A DNA stretch of 64,000 nucleotides from an uncultured virus (IMG/VR IMGVR_UViG_3300025357_000001) (Duplodnaviria; Heunggongvirae; Uroviricota; Caudoviricetes): IMG/VR virus record IMGVR_UViG_3300025357_000001; one strand, given 5' to 3'. A program made the translations under genes and the position numbers. Under the pieces are notes generated by a model. It searched no databases. It saw nothing but the letters and a program-made list of their open reading frames with translations, and was not told the origin of the DNA. Below are positions 9,143 to 17,418 of the stretch, piece by piece; the first letter of the stretch is position 1, and the number at the start of each line of letters is the position of its first letter.

Positions 9143-10500
9143 TAGAATGTTCCTCCAGCAATGCCGCCGGTGATTGCGTTAGTAGATGAGTTGTAAGTCA
9201 AGTTGCTATTTGTCAATACAGGCAAGTTACCGGTGGTTGCTGTTACAAAGGTTAAGTAGTTAGTTGTTGCCGCACCAGTTGTAATTGCTACGTTACTTGC
9301 GTTAGTCGCTGTCGTGGCGGTTGCTGCGTTACCACCGATAGACAAGCCAGCCGCTGTACCGGTGATGTTAGTACCAACCAACGCACTTGGTGTGCCTAAG
9401 TTAGGAGTTACTAACGTTGGGCTGGTTGCCAGTACTACGTTACCAGAGCCGGTAGTAGATGTGCTTGATGCTGCAGTCAGTTGACCCTGAGCGTTAACTG
9501 TAAAGTTGCCCAGTGTGTAGCTACCAGCGCTAACTGCTGTGTTGGTAATGCTAAATGTGTTGCCTGTTAAAGTTAAACCTGTGCCGGCTGTGTATGTGCC
9601 TGCACCAGAGAACTGCACAAAAGTAACGGCTGTAACGCCCAGTGTGCCGCCCGGATCGACCGTACATACCCAGCCAGTGTCAGCTTGAGTATTACCTTCT
9701 TCCACAAACACAAACGCTGAAACCAAAGAGTTCCAAGTGTTTGCGTCAGAAGCACGACTCCATGCGCCAGAAGATGATACGTAAATACCGTTATTGGCTT
9801 GAGTTGTTTGGTTCTTAACCAAGACACGGCTAGATGATGTAGTAATACCATCAATCGTCTGCTCACCAGATAGTGTAATGTTTGCTGTAGTTGCAACCAA
9901 TACTGGGGCTTTAGGGGACAGGCCGGTTGCTACAGAGTCAACGTACTGTTTGGTTGCTAACTGTAATGCGCTAACTGGATCTTGTGTTACTGTAACGCTG
10001 GTCAGGCCAGCTAGTGTTAATGATGTAGCGCCAAGAGAGATACCAGTGGTACCAATTGTTACTGAACTATTTGCCAACTGACCGTTACTAATCGTACCAC
10101 TCAAAGCACTCGTAGGAATCGTTGTAGAGGCCGTAGCGGCGCCTGCACCGTTGCCGTATAGGTAACCAGTCAGACCAGTAACAGACAGGCTGTTAAGGGT
10201 TGCTAAACCGCTAGAAGATAGTGTAGTAAACGCACCGGCTGCTGGAGTTGATCCGCCGATTGCTGTGCCGTTGATTGTACCGCCAGTGATTGTTACCGAG
10301 CTAAATGTACCAGATGCGGCACCTTTAGAGGCAATAACTTGTACTGCGTTGGTATTGTCTTTGTAATACAGCTTGCCATCAGTAACGTTAATCGCCAGCT
10401 CAGAACCGGAGGAGCTATTGGTAAGGTTAGCCGCAGACGGCGCATTAGACGCTGTCGTGGAGCTGTATATTAGTATGGGGGTATAGCCTGACTGTGCCAT
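9142..10500 (-). CDS. tail fibre protein with Mtd-N-like N-terminus
   Basis: ELAINVTDGKLYYKD; ATKQYVD; RVLVKNQT...NGIYV...WSRASDA; ends GGTF. Confidence 0.7.
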   Translation of the reverse strand: MAQSGYTPILIYSSTTASNAPSAANLTNSSSGSELAINVTDGKLYYKDNTNAVQVIASKGAASGTFSSVTITGGTINGTAIGGSTPAAGAFTTLSSSGLATLNSLSVTGLTGYLYGNGAGAATASTTIPTSALSGTISNGQLANSSVTIGTTGISLGATSLTLAGLTSVTVTQDPVSALQLATKQYVDSVATGLSPKAPVLVATTANITLSGEQTIDGITTSSSRVLVKNQTTQANNGIYVSSSGAWSRASDANTWNSLVSAFVFVEEGNTQADTGWVCTVDPGGTLGVTAVTFVQFSGAGTYTAGTGLTLTGNTFSITNTAVSAGSYTLGNFTVNAQGQLTAASSTSTTGSGNVVLATSPTLVTPNLGTPSALVGTNITGTAAGLSIGGNAATATTATNASNVAITTGAATTNYLTFVTATTGNLPVLTNSNLTYNSSTNAITGGIAGGTF

Positions 10501-10509
10501 GTATGTACC

Positions 10510-11073
10510 TTAAAATATTCCGCCGCCGATACCGGTGGTGGCTGTAACGATTGGAGTTGTTAACGTACCAGCTCCGGGGTTAAACTGTAATTGGGTTGAT
10601 GCTACGTACTCTGTTGTGGGTGTGCCACTGGTTAAATCTGTAAACAACGGAAAACGAGTAGCATTGGTGCTGTTATCGTTTGTAATTGTCAAACTGGCGC
10701 CTGCGGGGCCCGGCGGTCCTACAGGACCTTGTGGGCCTGTTGGGCCCTGTGGACCTTGAGGCCCAATAACGTTACCACAATCGGTAGTAGCACCCGTGGT
10801 GCTGGTTAAAATTAAATGACCGGCACCGTTAATTGTTGCAGACACATAGCCGGGTATTGGTCCGACGGTAGAGGTTGTGCCATCGCTGTAATAAAATACT
10901 AAATCATTTGCGTAATTTAATATTACGTTGGTAATTAATTTACCGGGCGATATAGCATTAGCAATCTGCGATACAGATGTCTGCTTGGTAACTCCATTTT
11001 GTACAACTACCGTTTGCTCTGCACCGGTGATGGTGGTTGCTACGGGCAGTTGTGTTATCGACCGATCTGCCAT
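10510..11073 (-). CDS. collagen-repeat virion fibre protein
   Basis: (Gly-Pro-X) repeats GPQGPQGPTGPQGPVGPPGP; ends GGIF. Confidence 0.7.
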   Translation of the reverse strand: MADRSITQLPVATTITGAEQTVVVQNGVTKQTSVSQIANAISPGKLITNVILNYANDLVFYYSDGTTSTVGPIPGYVSATINGAGHLILTSTTGATTDCGNVIGPQGPQGPTGPQGPVGPPGPAGASLTITNDNSTNATRFPLFTDLTSGTPTTEYVASTQLQFNPGAGTLTTPIVTATTGIGGGIF

Positions 11074-11082
11074 GTTCTATTC

Positions 11083-11700
11083 TTAAGTGTAGGTAAACGC
11101 ACCGTGTGCGGTGGCATTGCCAAACGGAGAAATTACAGTAATGTCTACAATACCAGTAACGGCATACGCTGGAGTTACTGCAGTAAGTTGTGTGGAGTTT
11201 ACCAATGTAAACGTTGCAATTACGCCACCAAACTTAACAGTATTAACGTCTGTAAAGTTTTCACCATTAATCACTACTGGTGTGCCACCAGCTTGTGGTC
11301 CTGTGTTTGGTGTTACTGTTCCAACATATGGGAACAATGTCATCGGTGAATATGGCTGGCTACTCATGGTATTTAAGTCACCCTGAGTGCTAGCCGCTGG
11401 AGCACCTTGAATAAATATTGAGTTTTGGTTTTGGAAACCGTTCTCAGTTAAAATCTCATTACCACCAATTGGCCCAGTAGCAATATCTGTATCTGGGCGC
11501 GGGAATCTTAATGCAATGTTTTCTGTTTGTAACGCAGGAAGACGCCATGGATCAAAGTTATCCAAGTCATCCTTACATACACGCATACCCGGAAAGTTTG
11601 GGTCGGGCATTAGATCCACGTAGGCAAACTTCCTGCTGCAACGATCACAGATCGCTACAGACAGGACTGAATTACCAAGTGTATCAATATAGACAGGCAT
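11083..11700 (-). CDS. virion protein with N-terminal CxxC region and C-terminal IPT/TIG Ig-like domain
   Basis: AICDRC...RVC; VTPNTGPQAGGTPVVINGENF...VKFGG...AFTY. Confidence 0.7.
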   Translation of the reverse strand: MPVYIDTLGNSVLSVAICDRCSRKFAYVDLMPDPNFPGMRVCKDDLDNFDPWRLPALQTENIALRFPRPDTDIATGPIGGNEILTENGFQNQNSIFIQGAPAASTQGDLNTMSSQPYSPMTLFPYVGTVTPNTGPQAGGTPVVINGENFTDVNTVKFGGVIATFTLVNSTQLTAVTPAYAVTGIVDITVISPFGNATAHGAFTYT

Positions 11701-11709
11701 TTAACTGCC

Positions 11710-12504
11710 TTACGCTGACTGACCGTCGTTCTTAATCAATACACCAATAAGGTTTTGAGAACAAATCAACGGACCACCAACGCTTGCCTTATACAAGTAT
11801 TGAATGTCAGTTTTTTCTGTAATCTTACGTGGCATTGAATTATAGTCAATTTCAATCTGCTGAACAAAAGTTTGCTCTTGAACAATTTTTTGAGCGCCAG
11901 TAACGTTGTCATTAAACTGAACTTCAAAGTTAATCCAAGCACTGCTTGTGAAACCAATGTTAGCTGTCTTGTACGATCTTAAAATGTACAAAGTATAACC
12001 AGCTGGAACGGTGTAAATACTTGCTTGGTTAACACCTAAACCGGGGTTAATCTGGGCAAGCAAAGTTGTCCCTTGCTTAAACGTAATAGTACCTACGTTA
12101 ACACCATTAGTAACACCAACGTTGTTAATACGCAAGTAAGAGTTTACTGAAGTAACGTTGGTTGTTCCGTTAAGTGCAATAGTTTCGCTAATTGGTTTAA
12201 AATTTGCATCTAAACCTTGAATTTGTATACTTAATGCGGATGTATCAGAAGTAGACGAGCTAACGATTGTTAACTGGGCTGCTGAAGCTGGGAATGGATA
12301 CAAACCACCGCTCTGAGTTAAACCTTCCCAAAGTGGGCCAAATGCTGTGTTAGATACTGCAGCAGAATAACCATAAAGCAAGAATGGGCTATGTCCTGCA
12401 ATTTGACTACGAGCAACTTGAAGGTTAAATGGCTCATAACGCCCAACCTTAGTTACTGATTCAAACGGAGATGGATTTTGCTGTAAATTTGTTACGAGTG
12501 CCAT
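11710..12504 (-). CDS. virion structural protein
   Basis: ORF 11710..12552; likely start at MALVTN after an AAGGA RBS. Confidence 0.6.
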   Translation of the reverse strand: MALVTNLQQNPSPFESVTKVGRYEPFNLQVARSQIAGHSPFLLYGYSAAVSNTAFGPLWEGLTQSGGLYPFPASAAQLTIVSSSTSDTSALSIQIQGLDANFKPISETIALNGTTNVTSVNSYLRINNVGVTNGVNVGTITFKQGTTLLAQINPGLGVNQASIYTVPAGYTLYILRSYKTANIGFTSSAWINFEVQFNDNVTGAQKIVQEQTFVQQIEIDYNSMPRKITEKTDIQYLYKASVGGPLICSQNLIGVLIKNDGQSA

Positions 12505-12556
12505 AATTAATTTCCTTAAAGTTAAAGTAGGGGACCGAAGCCCCCTAGGCAATTAA

Positions 12557-13123
12557 TTATTGATTTGTTAAACCAGCACCGTAAGGAGTGATGGAACCGT
12601 CAACGTTACGTGCTACGTAGTCAACCTTCAAAGAACCTGCCAAGTTGCCAGTGATTGTTGCACCAGAAGCAAATGCGTAGGTAATAGAAGCGTCTAATGT
12701 GCCAACGTTGTTGAGCAATGTTGCAACAGCTGCAGTATTAGTAAACGCGATCTGGATCTGACCACCAGTTGTAGTTGGGGTGATTGTACCAATTGCTGTG
12801 GTAGTAACCGCACCAGTTGTTGGGTTAGTTACGTTGATGTATGCAGTGATTACGCCGTTGGTAAGTGCTGAAGGAGCTGTGTACTCGTACAATGTAATAT
12901 TGTCGATGATAGAACCAGCTGGAACTACGCAGTTAGATGCGGTAGTAGAGCCAACGTTGTACACAGTAACTGCAGTTGTAGAAGCTACAGTACCAGTGAT
13001 GTTGTTGAAGTATTGGATTTGGCTAACTTGTGCTGCGCCAGTGTTGTCTGGAGCGATTACGCCGTTGTTTGTTGGGTTGTTACGCTTAAAAATGCGTAAT
13101 GGGCCTGTGAATGTACTAGACAT
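12557..13123 (-). CDS. virion structural protein (decoration-like)
   Basis: begins STFTGP; first gene after the capsid terminator with its own promoter. Confidence 0.55.
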   Translation of the reverse strand: MSSTFTGPLRIFKRNNPTNNGVIAPDNTGAAQVSQIQYFNNITGTVASTTAVTVYNVGSTTASNCVVPAGSIIDNITLYEYTAPSALTNGVITAYINVTNPTTGAVTTTAIGTITPTTTGGQIQIAFTNTAAVATLLNNVGTLDASITYAFASGATITGNLAGSLKVDYVARNVDGSITPYGAGLTNQ

Positions 13124-13213
13124 GTGTATTCCTTAATCTCAGTGGGTATCCCAAGCTGTCTCTGAGTCGTCACTGCCGGGAAGGATCGGCGGTCAGAATG
13201 GGACAAATCTTCC

Positions 13214-13250
13214 TATACATATTAATGCAAATATAAGACTAAAAGCGCCC
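13214..13250 (-). promoter_or_regulatory. phage late-class promoter GGGCG-N16-TGCATTAnTAT
   Basis: GGGCG at 13250-13246, TGCATTA at 13229-13223; same geometry at five other loci. Confidence 0.75.
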
Positions 13251-13258
13251 CAAAATGC

Positions 13259-13287
13259 AAAAAAGCCACCTTGTGGGTGGCTTTTTT
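13259..13287. terminator. intrinsic terminator (bidirectional form) after the major capsid gene
   Basis: AAAAAAGCCACC-ttgtg-GGTGGCTTTTTT hairpin with A and T tracts. Confidence 0.85.
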
Positions 13288-13307
13288 GTTGCTGCTAGAG
13301 GTTTGGA

Positions 13308-14225
13308 TTACAAACCAGCTGTACCGTAGATGTTACGTGCATCATGCCAGCCTGTAGCGTAACGCTCAGTGGCCTTGTAGCGCATAGAATCAGTTTCGAA
13401 ATCGCCTTCCATGGATTTCTCCATTGGACGACGCATTACGAGCATGAGACCATTTTCGGCATCGGTCTGGATCCACCAAGCCTTGGAAGAAGACAAACGT
13501 GTCACAACGTGAGCACCTTTTGGCAACATACCAGTGGACTTAATTGGGTTCAGATCGTTGTCAGCTGTACCAGAACGGAGAACAGACTTCAGAATTACTT
13601 CTGCTTGGAACTCGAGTGCTGGTGGAACAACTAACTGTTCTGCTTTCAAACGGATACGCTTACCGTTGTTGTCAACTGCAGAGCGAATCTGAATGAGCAA
13701 CTGCTCAACAGAAGTTTGGCTCAAAGAAGCAGCTGTAGACAACTGGTTAGAGTAAGAACCGCCGTTAGCGATTGGGTGAGCGGTATTGATCAATGTAACG
13801 CCATCACCACCAACGTAGCCGCTTGTGAACGCGAAGTTCAACAAGTTAGCGCAGAGGGTTTCCTTAGTTTCAATCATAGACTGAGCCAAGTGTTTAGCGA
13901 AAGTGCTACCGATACGGATGTGATCGCCGTCTTCCATCAAAACTTTGGTCAAAGCATATGCCAAGCCATAGATTTGGTAGATGAAACGGGTGATGTACAA
14001 AGTACCGCCTTGATCGTAGCTAACTGGAGTGCCATCAGGCATCGCAGGAGCTGCGTTCATACCATAAAGCATTACTTCTTCATGGTAGTTACGTGGAATA
14101 CCTTGGATCTGTTCTACAAATCCTTTCCACTCGTCGTCGCGTTGTTCATAAACGCCATCAAAGACTTCGTTGATAATCGGTTCGACTACCGCACGAAAGT
14201 CTGTACTACGCATTGGGGTTGCCAT
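13308..14225 (-). CDS. major capsid protein
   Basis: 305 aa; LVVPPAL and DFETDSMRYKATERY..GW.D.R..YG motifs; downstream of scaffold, followed by terminator. Confidence 0.85.
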   Translation of the reverse strand: MATPMRSTDFRAVVEPIINEVFDGVYEQRDDEWKGFVEQIQGIPRNYHEEVMLYGMNAAPAMPDGTPVSYDQGGTLYITRFIYQIYGLAYALTKVLMEDGDHIRIGSTFAKHLAQSMIETKETLCANLLNFAFTSGYVGGDGVTLINTAHPIANGGSYSNQLSTAASLSQTSVEQLLIQIRSAVDNNGKRIRLKAEQLVVPPALEFQAEVILKSVLRSGTADNDLNPIKSTGMLPKGAHVVTRLSSSKAWWIQTDAENGLMLVMRRPMEKSMEGDFETDSMRYKATERYATGWHDARNIYGTAGL

Positions 14226-14245
14226 TGCTAATTCCTTTCGTTAAA

Positions 14246-14917
14246 TTAGATCGAGACCGAAGCGGCTGCAAACATGTTGTTTGCGATCTGTACTTGAACA
14301 ATCGTGTAAGCATCACCCCATTGGTTTGTATTACCAGCTGGGTAAGCTGCTTCACGGCCTAAACCTACAACACGTACTTGACCTTGTGCACCAGCAGCAA
14401 CAGGAGTTGCCAATAGAGCTGTGGTCGAGAAACCAGCGCCGCCTGTGCCGATGACATAGCCATCAGTTACAGTTGAGCCAGAAGTTGTGTCGAAGTTGTA
14501 CTGAGTACCGATTGCTGCGGTAGTTGCAGAACCGTTAACTTGGATTTCATAAACCAATGATGGGTCTTGGAAAATCCAAAAAACGATTGAAGAGGCTGCG
14601 TCTAAAGTTGTCTTAGAAGCATTTTTGCCCAAAGTGCGGCGGCCTTCTGCGGTTGTATACTCAACGCCATCAAATACACCATAAACACGACCAACGGTTG
14701 TGTTTGCAGCTGCTTGAGCAGCGATTGTCAATTGACCTGAAGCGGTCAACGCTACTGGTTGGAACTGGTAAAAAGACTGACCAGAGCTCAACGAGTAAGG
14801 AGCAGTATAAGAAGATCCGGGTGTGTATGTGTTTGTGCCAACGAATGGAACAGCACGATCAAGACCACTAGGATGGTATACTGGCTTCAGACCAAAGGGT
14901 TGAAATGTTGCGGACAT
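14246..14917 (-). CDS. minor capsid / head decoration protein
   Basis: PFGLKPV...GVFDGVEY...DP..VYEIQ pattern, directly upstream of the capsid gene. Confidence 0.6.
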   Translation of the reverse strand: MSATFQPFGLKPVYHPSGLDRAVPFVGTNTYTPGSSYTAPYSLSSGQSFYQFQPVALTASGQLTIAAQAAANTTVGRVYGVFDGVEYTTAEGRRTLGKNASKTTLDAASSIVFWIFQDPSLVYEIQVNGSATTAAIGTQYNFDTTSGSTVTDGYVIGTGGAGFSTTALLATPVAAGAQGQVRVVGLGREAAYPAGNTNQWGDAYTIVQVQIANNMFAAASVSI

Positions 14918-14945
14918 TTAATTTCCTTTGTTTATTTTGAAGTTA

Positions 14946-15500
14946 TTATTGAAAACGAATATTGCTATTCGCCTTTTGTGTTTCTTTTTCCATTTCCAAA
15001 AGTCCGCCTTCCAAGAGTGAACGTCCGCCCTTACTTTCGCCAGCAGCACCACGGACTTGAGCCGTAATGTTTTTCTGGTGCTCGAGAGGATCCTCGAGGT
15101 GGAGCATACGCATAACTTCTTGGTAGATGTCCTCTGGTAACTTGAAAAGAATCATCTCATTACAAGATACACAGCCTTCAAACTTGCCCGAGCTCATTTT
15201 ACCTAGCGATCCAAAGCCATTGCCCAACTCTACGGCTTTCACTGGTTCATAACCCAACGCGATACGTTTGTCGATACTGTCATATGTGTTGGTTGTTGAC
15301 AACCAGCACAAGTGGTACCCGGGGATAGTTCCCGCGGGAATGTCGGGCAGCGCACTATTTGCCCACTTGTCTCTAAACGCATCAAGGCGTTCACGACGTG
15401 CTAAATCTTCAGGATTCGCATTACTTGTGCGATCTTTTACTTCTTGCGCTCTTTCGGCCAAACGGTCATCTAAATCGCGCTTAATTCTTGTATTTGCCAT
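14946..15500 (-). CDS. head morphogenesis protein
   Basis: LPDIP...GYHLCW...GYEPV; between scaffold and capsid genes. Confidence 0.55.
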   Translation of the reverse strand: MANTRIKRDLDDRLAERAQEVKDRTSNANPEDLARRERLDAFRDKWANSALPDIPAGTIPGYHLCWLSTTNTYDSIDKRIALGYEPVKAVELGNGFGSLGKMSSGKFEGCVSCNEMILFKLPEDIYQEVMRMLHLEDPLEHQKNITAQVRGAAGESKGGRSLLEGGLLEMEKETQKANSNIRFQ

Positions 15501-15505
15501 GATAA

Positions 15506-16492
15506 TTAACCTTTATTTTGACGATCATATTGAGCATAGGCTCTGATCATTTTGTTTCGTCTTTCTACATCGTCCCATGCTCCAGCGTCTTTAATTGCCT
15601 GTACACGGTCCCTAGAGAGGGTAATCGTGCCGGGTTTGGCGCTTGAAGTGTTTGCTACTCGGCTAGAAGCCGTTGGGCCTGCTCTACGAGCGGGTTTTTC
15701 GCCCTTTGCTACATAGCGGTGGGGCAAACGTGCAGATAAACGATTATCGAGTTCTTCCCAGTAGTCTGAATCACTTGGATCCCAACCTTCACTGGATAGC
15801 TCTTCGTCAATTACCTTGGCAATTCTACTATCTGTGTCTCGAGCCTGTGGATCATACCAAGAATTCTTCTTTAGCCACTTAGTTGCGTTGGCTTGAACCT
15901 CTGTACTGATCTCTGTTGGCACATTTTGCTGCTTTGGTGCCTTAACTTGCTCGATTTGTTGTTTTTTGAAGTGTTGCATCTGTTGCAAACGCTGTTTTGC
16001 GTCTGTCAACTGCTCCAAATACTCAACTTGAGCTGCTGCATCGCCTGTTTGGGCTGCTTGCAACATTTTCATCTTAGCATATTCAACTTTTGTGACTTCA
16101 TCTTCGATATTTCTATCGAGTTGAGCCAATCTGAACGATGCTGCACCATTTTCGAGCTGTGCCAAGCGTTTGGCTAGCTCTTCATTGCGGCGCTCAAGTG
16201 AACTAATCTTGTTTTTTGAGGAAAGTTCGCGTTGTCTTTTGAGCTCTTTCTTTAATTTGCGTTCTTCACGCCGAGCTTCACGAATTTTCTCACGTTCTTC
16301 GTCAGATTCTGCATTTTCGTCGTCTTGCGCATCTTCTTCGGCATGATCTTCGTCTTCAGAATCGTCTGCGGCTTCTACTTTGCCGCCTTCTTCCAGTTCC
16401 TCTTCGGTAATTTCCTCTGGAACTTCTACTTTGGCAATTACACTGCCATCATCCCGTTCTTTAATTGGGACATCTTTTTCATTTTCACTCAT
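15506..16492 (-). CDS. probable scaffolding protein
   Basis: acidic N-terminus, long coiled coil, position between portal and capsid. Confidence 0.65.
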   Translation of the reverse strand: MSENEKDVPIKERDDGSVIAKVEVPEEITEEELEEGGKVEAADDSEDEDHAEEDAQDDENAESDEEREKIREARREERKLKKELKRQRELSSKNKISSLERRNEELAKRLAQLENGAASFRLAQLDRNIEDEVTKVEYAKMKMLQAAQTGDAAAQVEYLEQLTDAKQRLQQMQHFKKQQIEQVKAPKQQNVPTEISTEVQANATKWLKKNSWYDPQARDTDSRIAKVIDEELSSEGWDPSDSDYWEELDNRLSARLPHRYVAKGEKPARRAGPTASSRVANTSSAKPGTITLSRDRVQAIKDAGAWDDVERRNKMIRAYAQYDRQNKG

Positions 16493-16507
16493 AATTTTCT
16501 TCCAAAA

Positions 16508-16951
16508 TTAGTCCACAAACGCTTTCATCTTCTGCGCATGCTCAAAACTCTTGATGCGAGAGATAATTTCACGTGCCTGAATGGTGATAAACACTACTGG
16601 AGCGCCATCATCATCTGGATTAACAACAAATCGGTCACCACCGTACTTAATTGTCCTAACCAAATCACCTTCTTTACACCAAGGGCCTTCAATCCAAGGC
16701 TCTAATGTGTCCGGTGACTTATATGCTAAAGGTCCAATTTGGATTACTTTGGCTACAGTCTCGTTGTAACGTAACGTTTGTTTGGTTTCATCCACAAGGA
16801 TGATTCCACCTTTACTGGTTGTTTTTTCGCGTCTTAACTGCACAAGCACACGATCACCAGCTACTTCTACACCGGGATCAACGTCTGGAAAACACTCAGC
16901 TTCTGAGCGCAAATCCGGTTCGTCTTTCTGGTTGATATCAAATGCTGCCAT
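16508..16951 (-). CDS. GroES/Cpn10-like co-chaperonin
   Basis: GDRVLV...TSKGGIIL...AKVIQIGP...KEGDLV...KYGG Cpn10 signature. Confidence 0.85.
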   Translation of the reverse strand: MAAFDINQKDEPDLRSEAECFPDVDPGVEVAGDRVLVQLRREKTTSKGGIILVDETKQTLRYNETVAKVIQIGPLAYKSPDTLEPWIEGPWCKEGDLVRTIKYGGDRFVVNPDDDGAPVVFITIQAREIISRIKSFEHAQKMKAFVD

Positions 16952-16971
16952 ACGGCAACTCTCCTTAAGTC

Positions 16972-17163
16972 TTACGACTCTTCTTCGTCTTCCCTCAAAA
17001 TGTCATCAATAATGTCCAAAGCTTCCTTTAGACCTTCATGTCTGCCAACTAAACGTTGATAATCTTCGTATGAGTTAACATTGCTACCAGCGGTGAGGGT
17101 TTCCGCTAATTTTTTCTGCTCATCGCGTACGCGACGAATGATTTCTGAAATAAAGTCCTTCAT
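16972..17163 (-). CDS. small head-region protein, probably leaderless mRNA
   Basis: YEDYQRLVG..GL motif; ATG falls at predicted +1 of the upstream promoter. Confidence 0.65.
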   Translation of the reverse strand: MKDFISEIIRRVRDEQKKLAETLTAGSNVNSYEDYQRLVGRHEGLKEALDIIDDILREDEEES

Positions 17164-17199
17164 AAATATAGTAATGCAACTTTATGAAGGATTCCGCCC
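17163..17199 (-). promoter_or_regulatory. phage late-class promoter
   Basis: GGGCG 17199-17195, N16, TGCATTA 17178-17172, then CTAT. Confidence 0.75.
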
Positions 17200-17205
17200 C
17201 AAAAA

Positions 17206-17418
17206 TTAATAAAAGTTGCCGCCGCCGATTTCGTTCAGGTTCTTATCTGGACCAACTTTCTGGGATTTAGCCATCTTAGATTGGCTAGCACCGATTTTCC
17301 AGTTGTTGTCGCGATGTGAGCCAGAAGCACCATTATCGACTTTTTGATCAGGGCCACCAGCGTAGCCGGGGGTACCTGTCATTTTGTAGGCTTTTTTGTA
17401 GCCAAGTTCTTTTTCCAT
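17206..17418 (-). CDS. hypothetical protein
   Basis: ORF coupled to the portal stop. Confidence 0.55.
   Translation of the reverse strand: MEKELGYKKAYKMTGTPGYAGGPDQKVDNGASGSHRDNNWKIGASQSKMAKSQKVGPDKNLNEIGGGNFY

Noticed and set aside
1669..10500. Diversity-generating retroelement or invertase shufflon acting on fibre genes
   Set aside because: No reverse transcriptase, recombinase, template/variable repeat pair or inverted crossover sites seen
13716..14231. Long antisense and alternate-frame ORFs (also 21470..22018, 43402..43986, 48088..48636)
   Set aside because: Shadow frames of well-supported genes with no recognisable motifs
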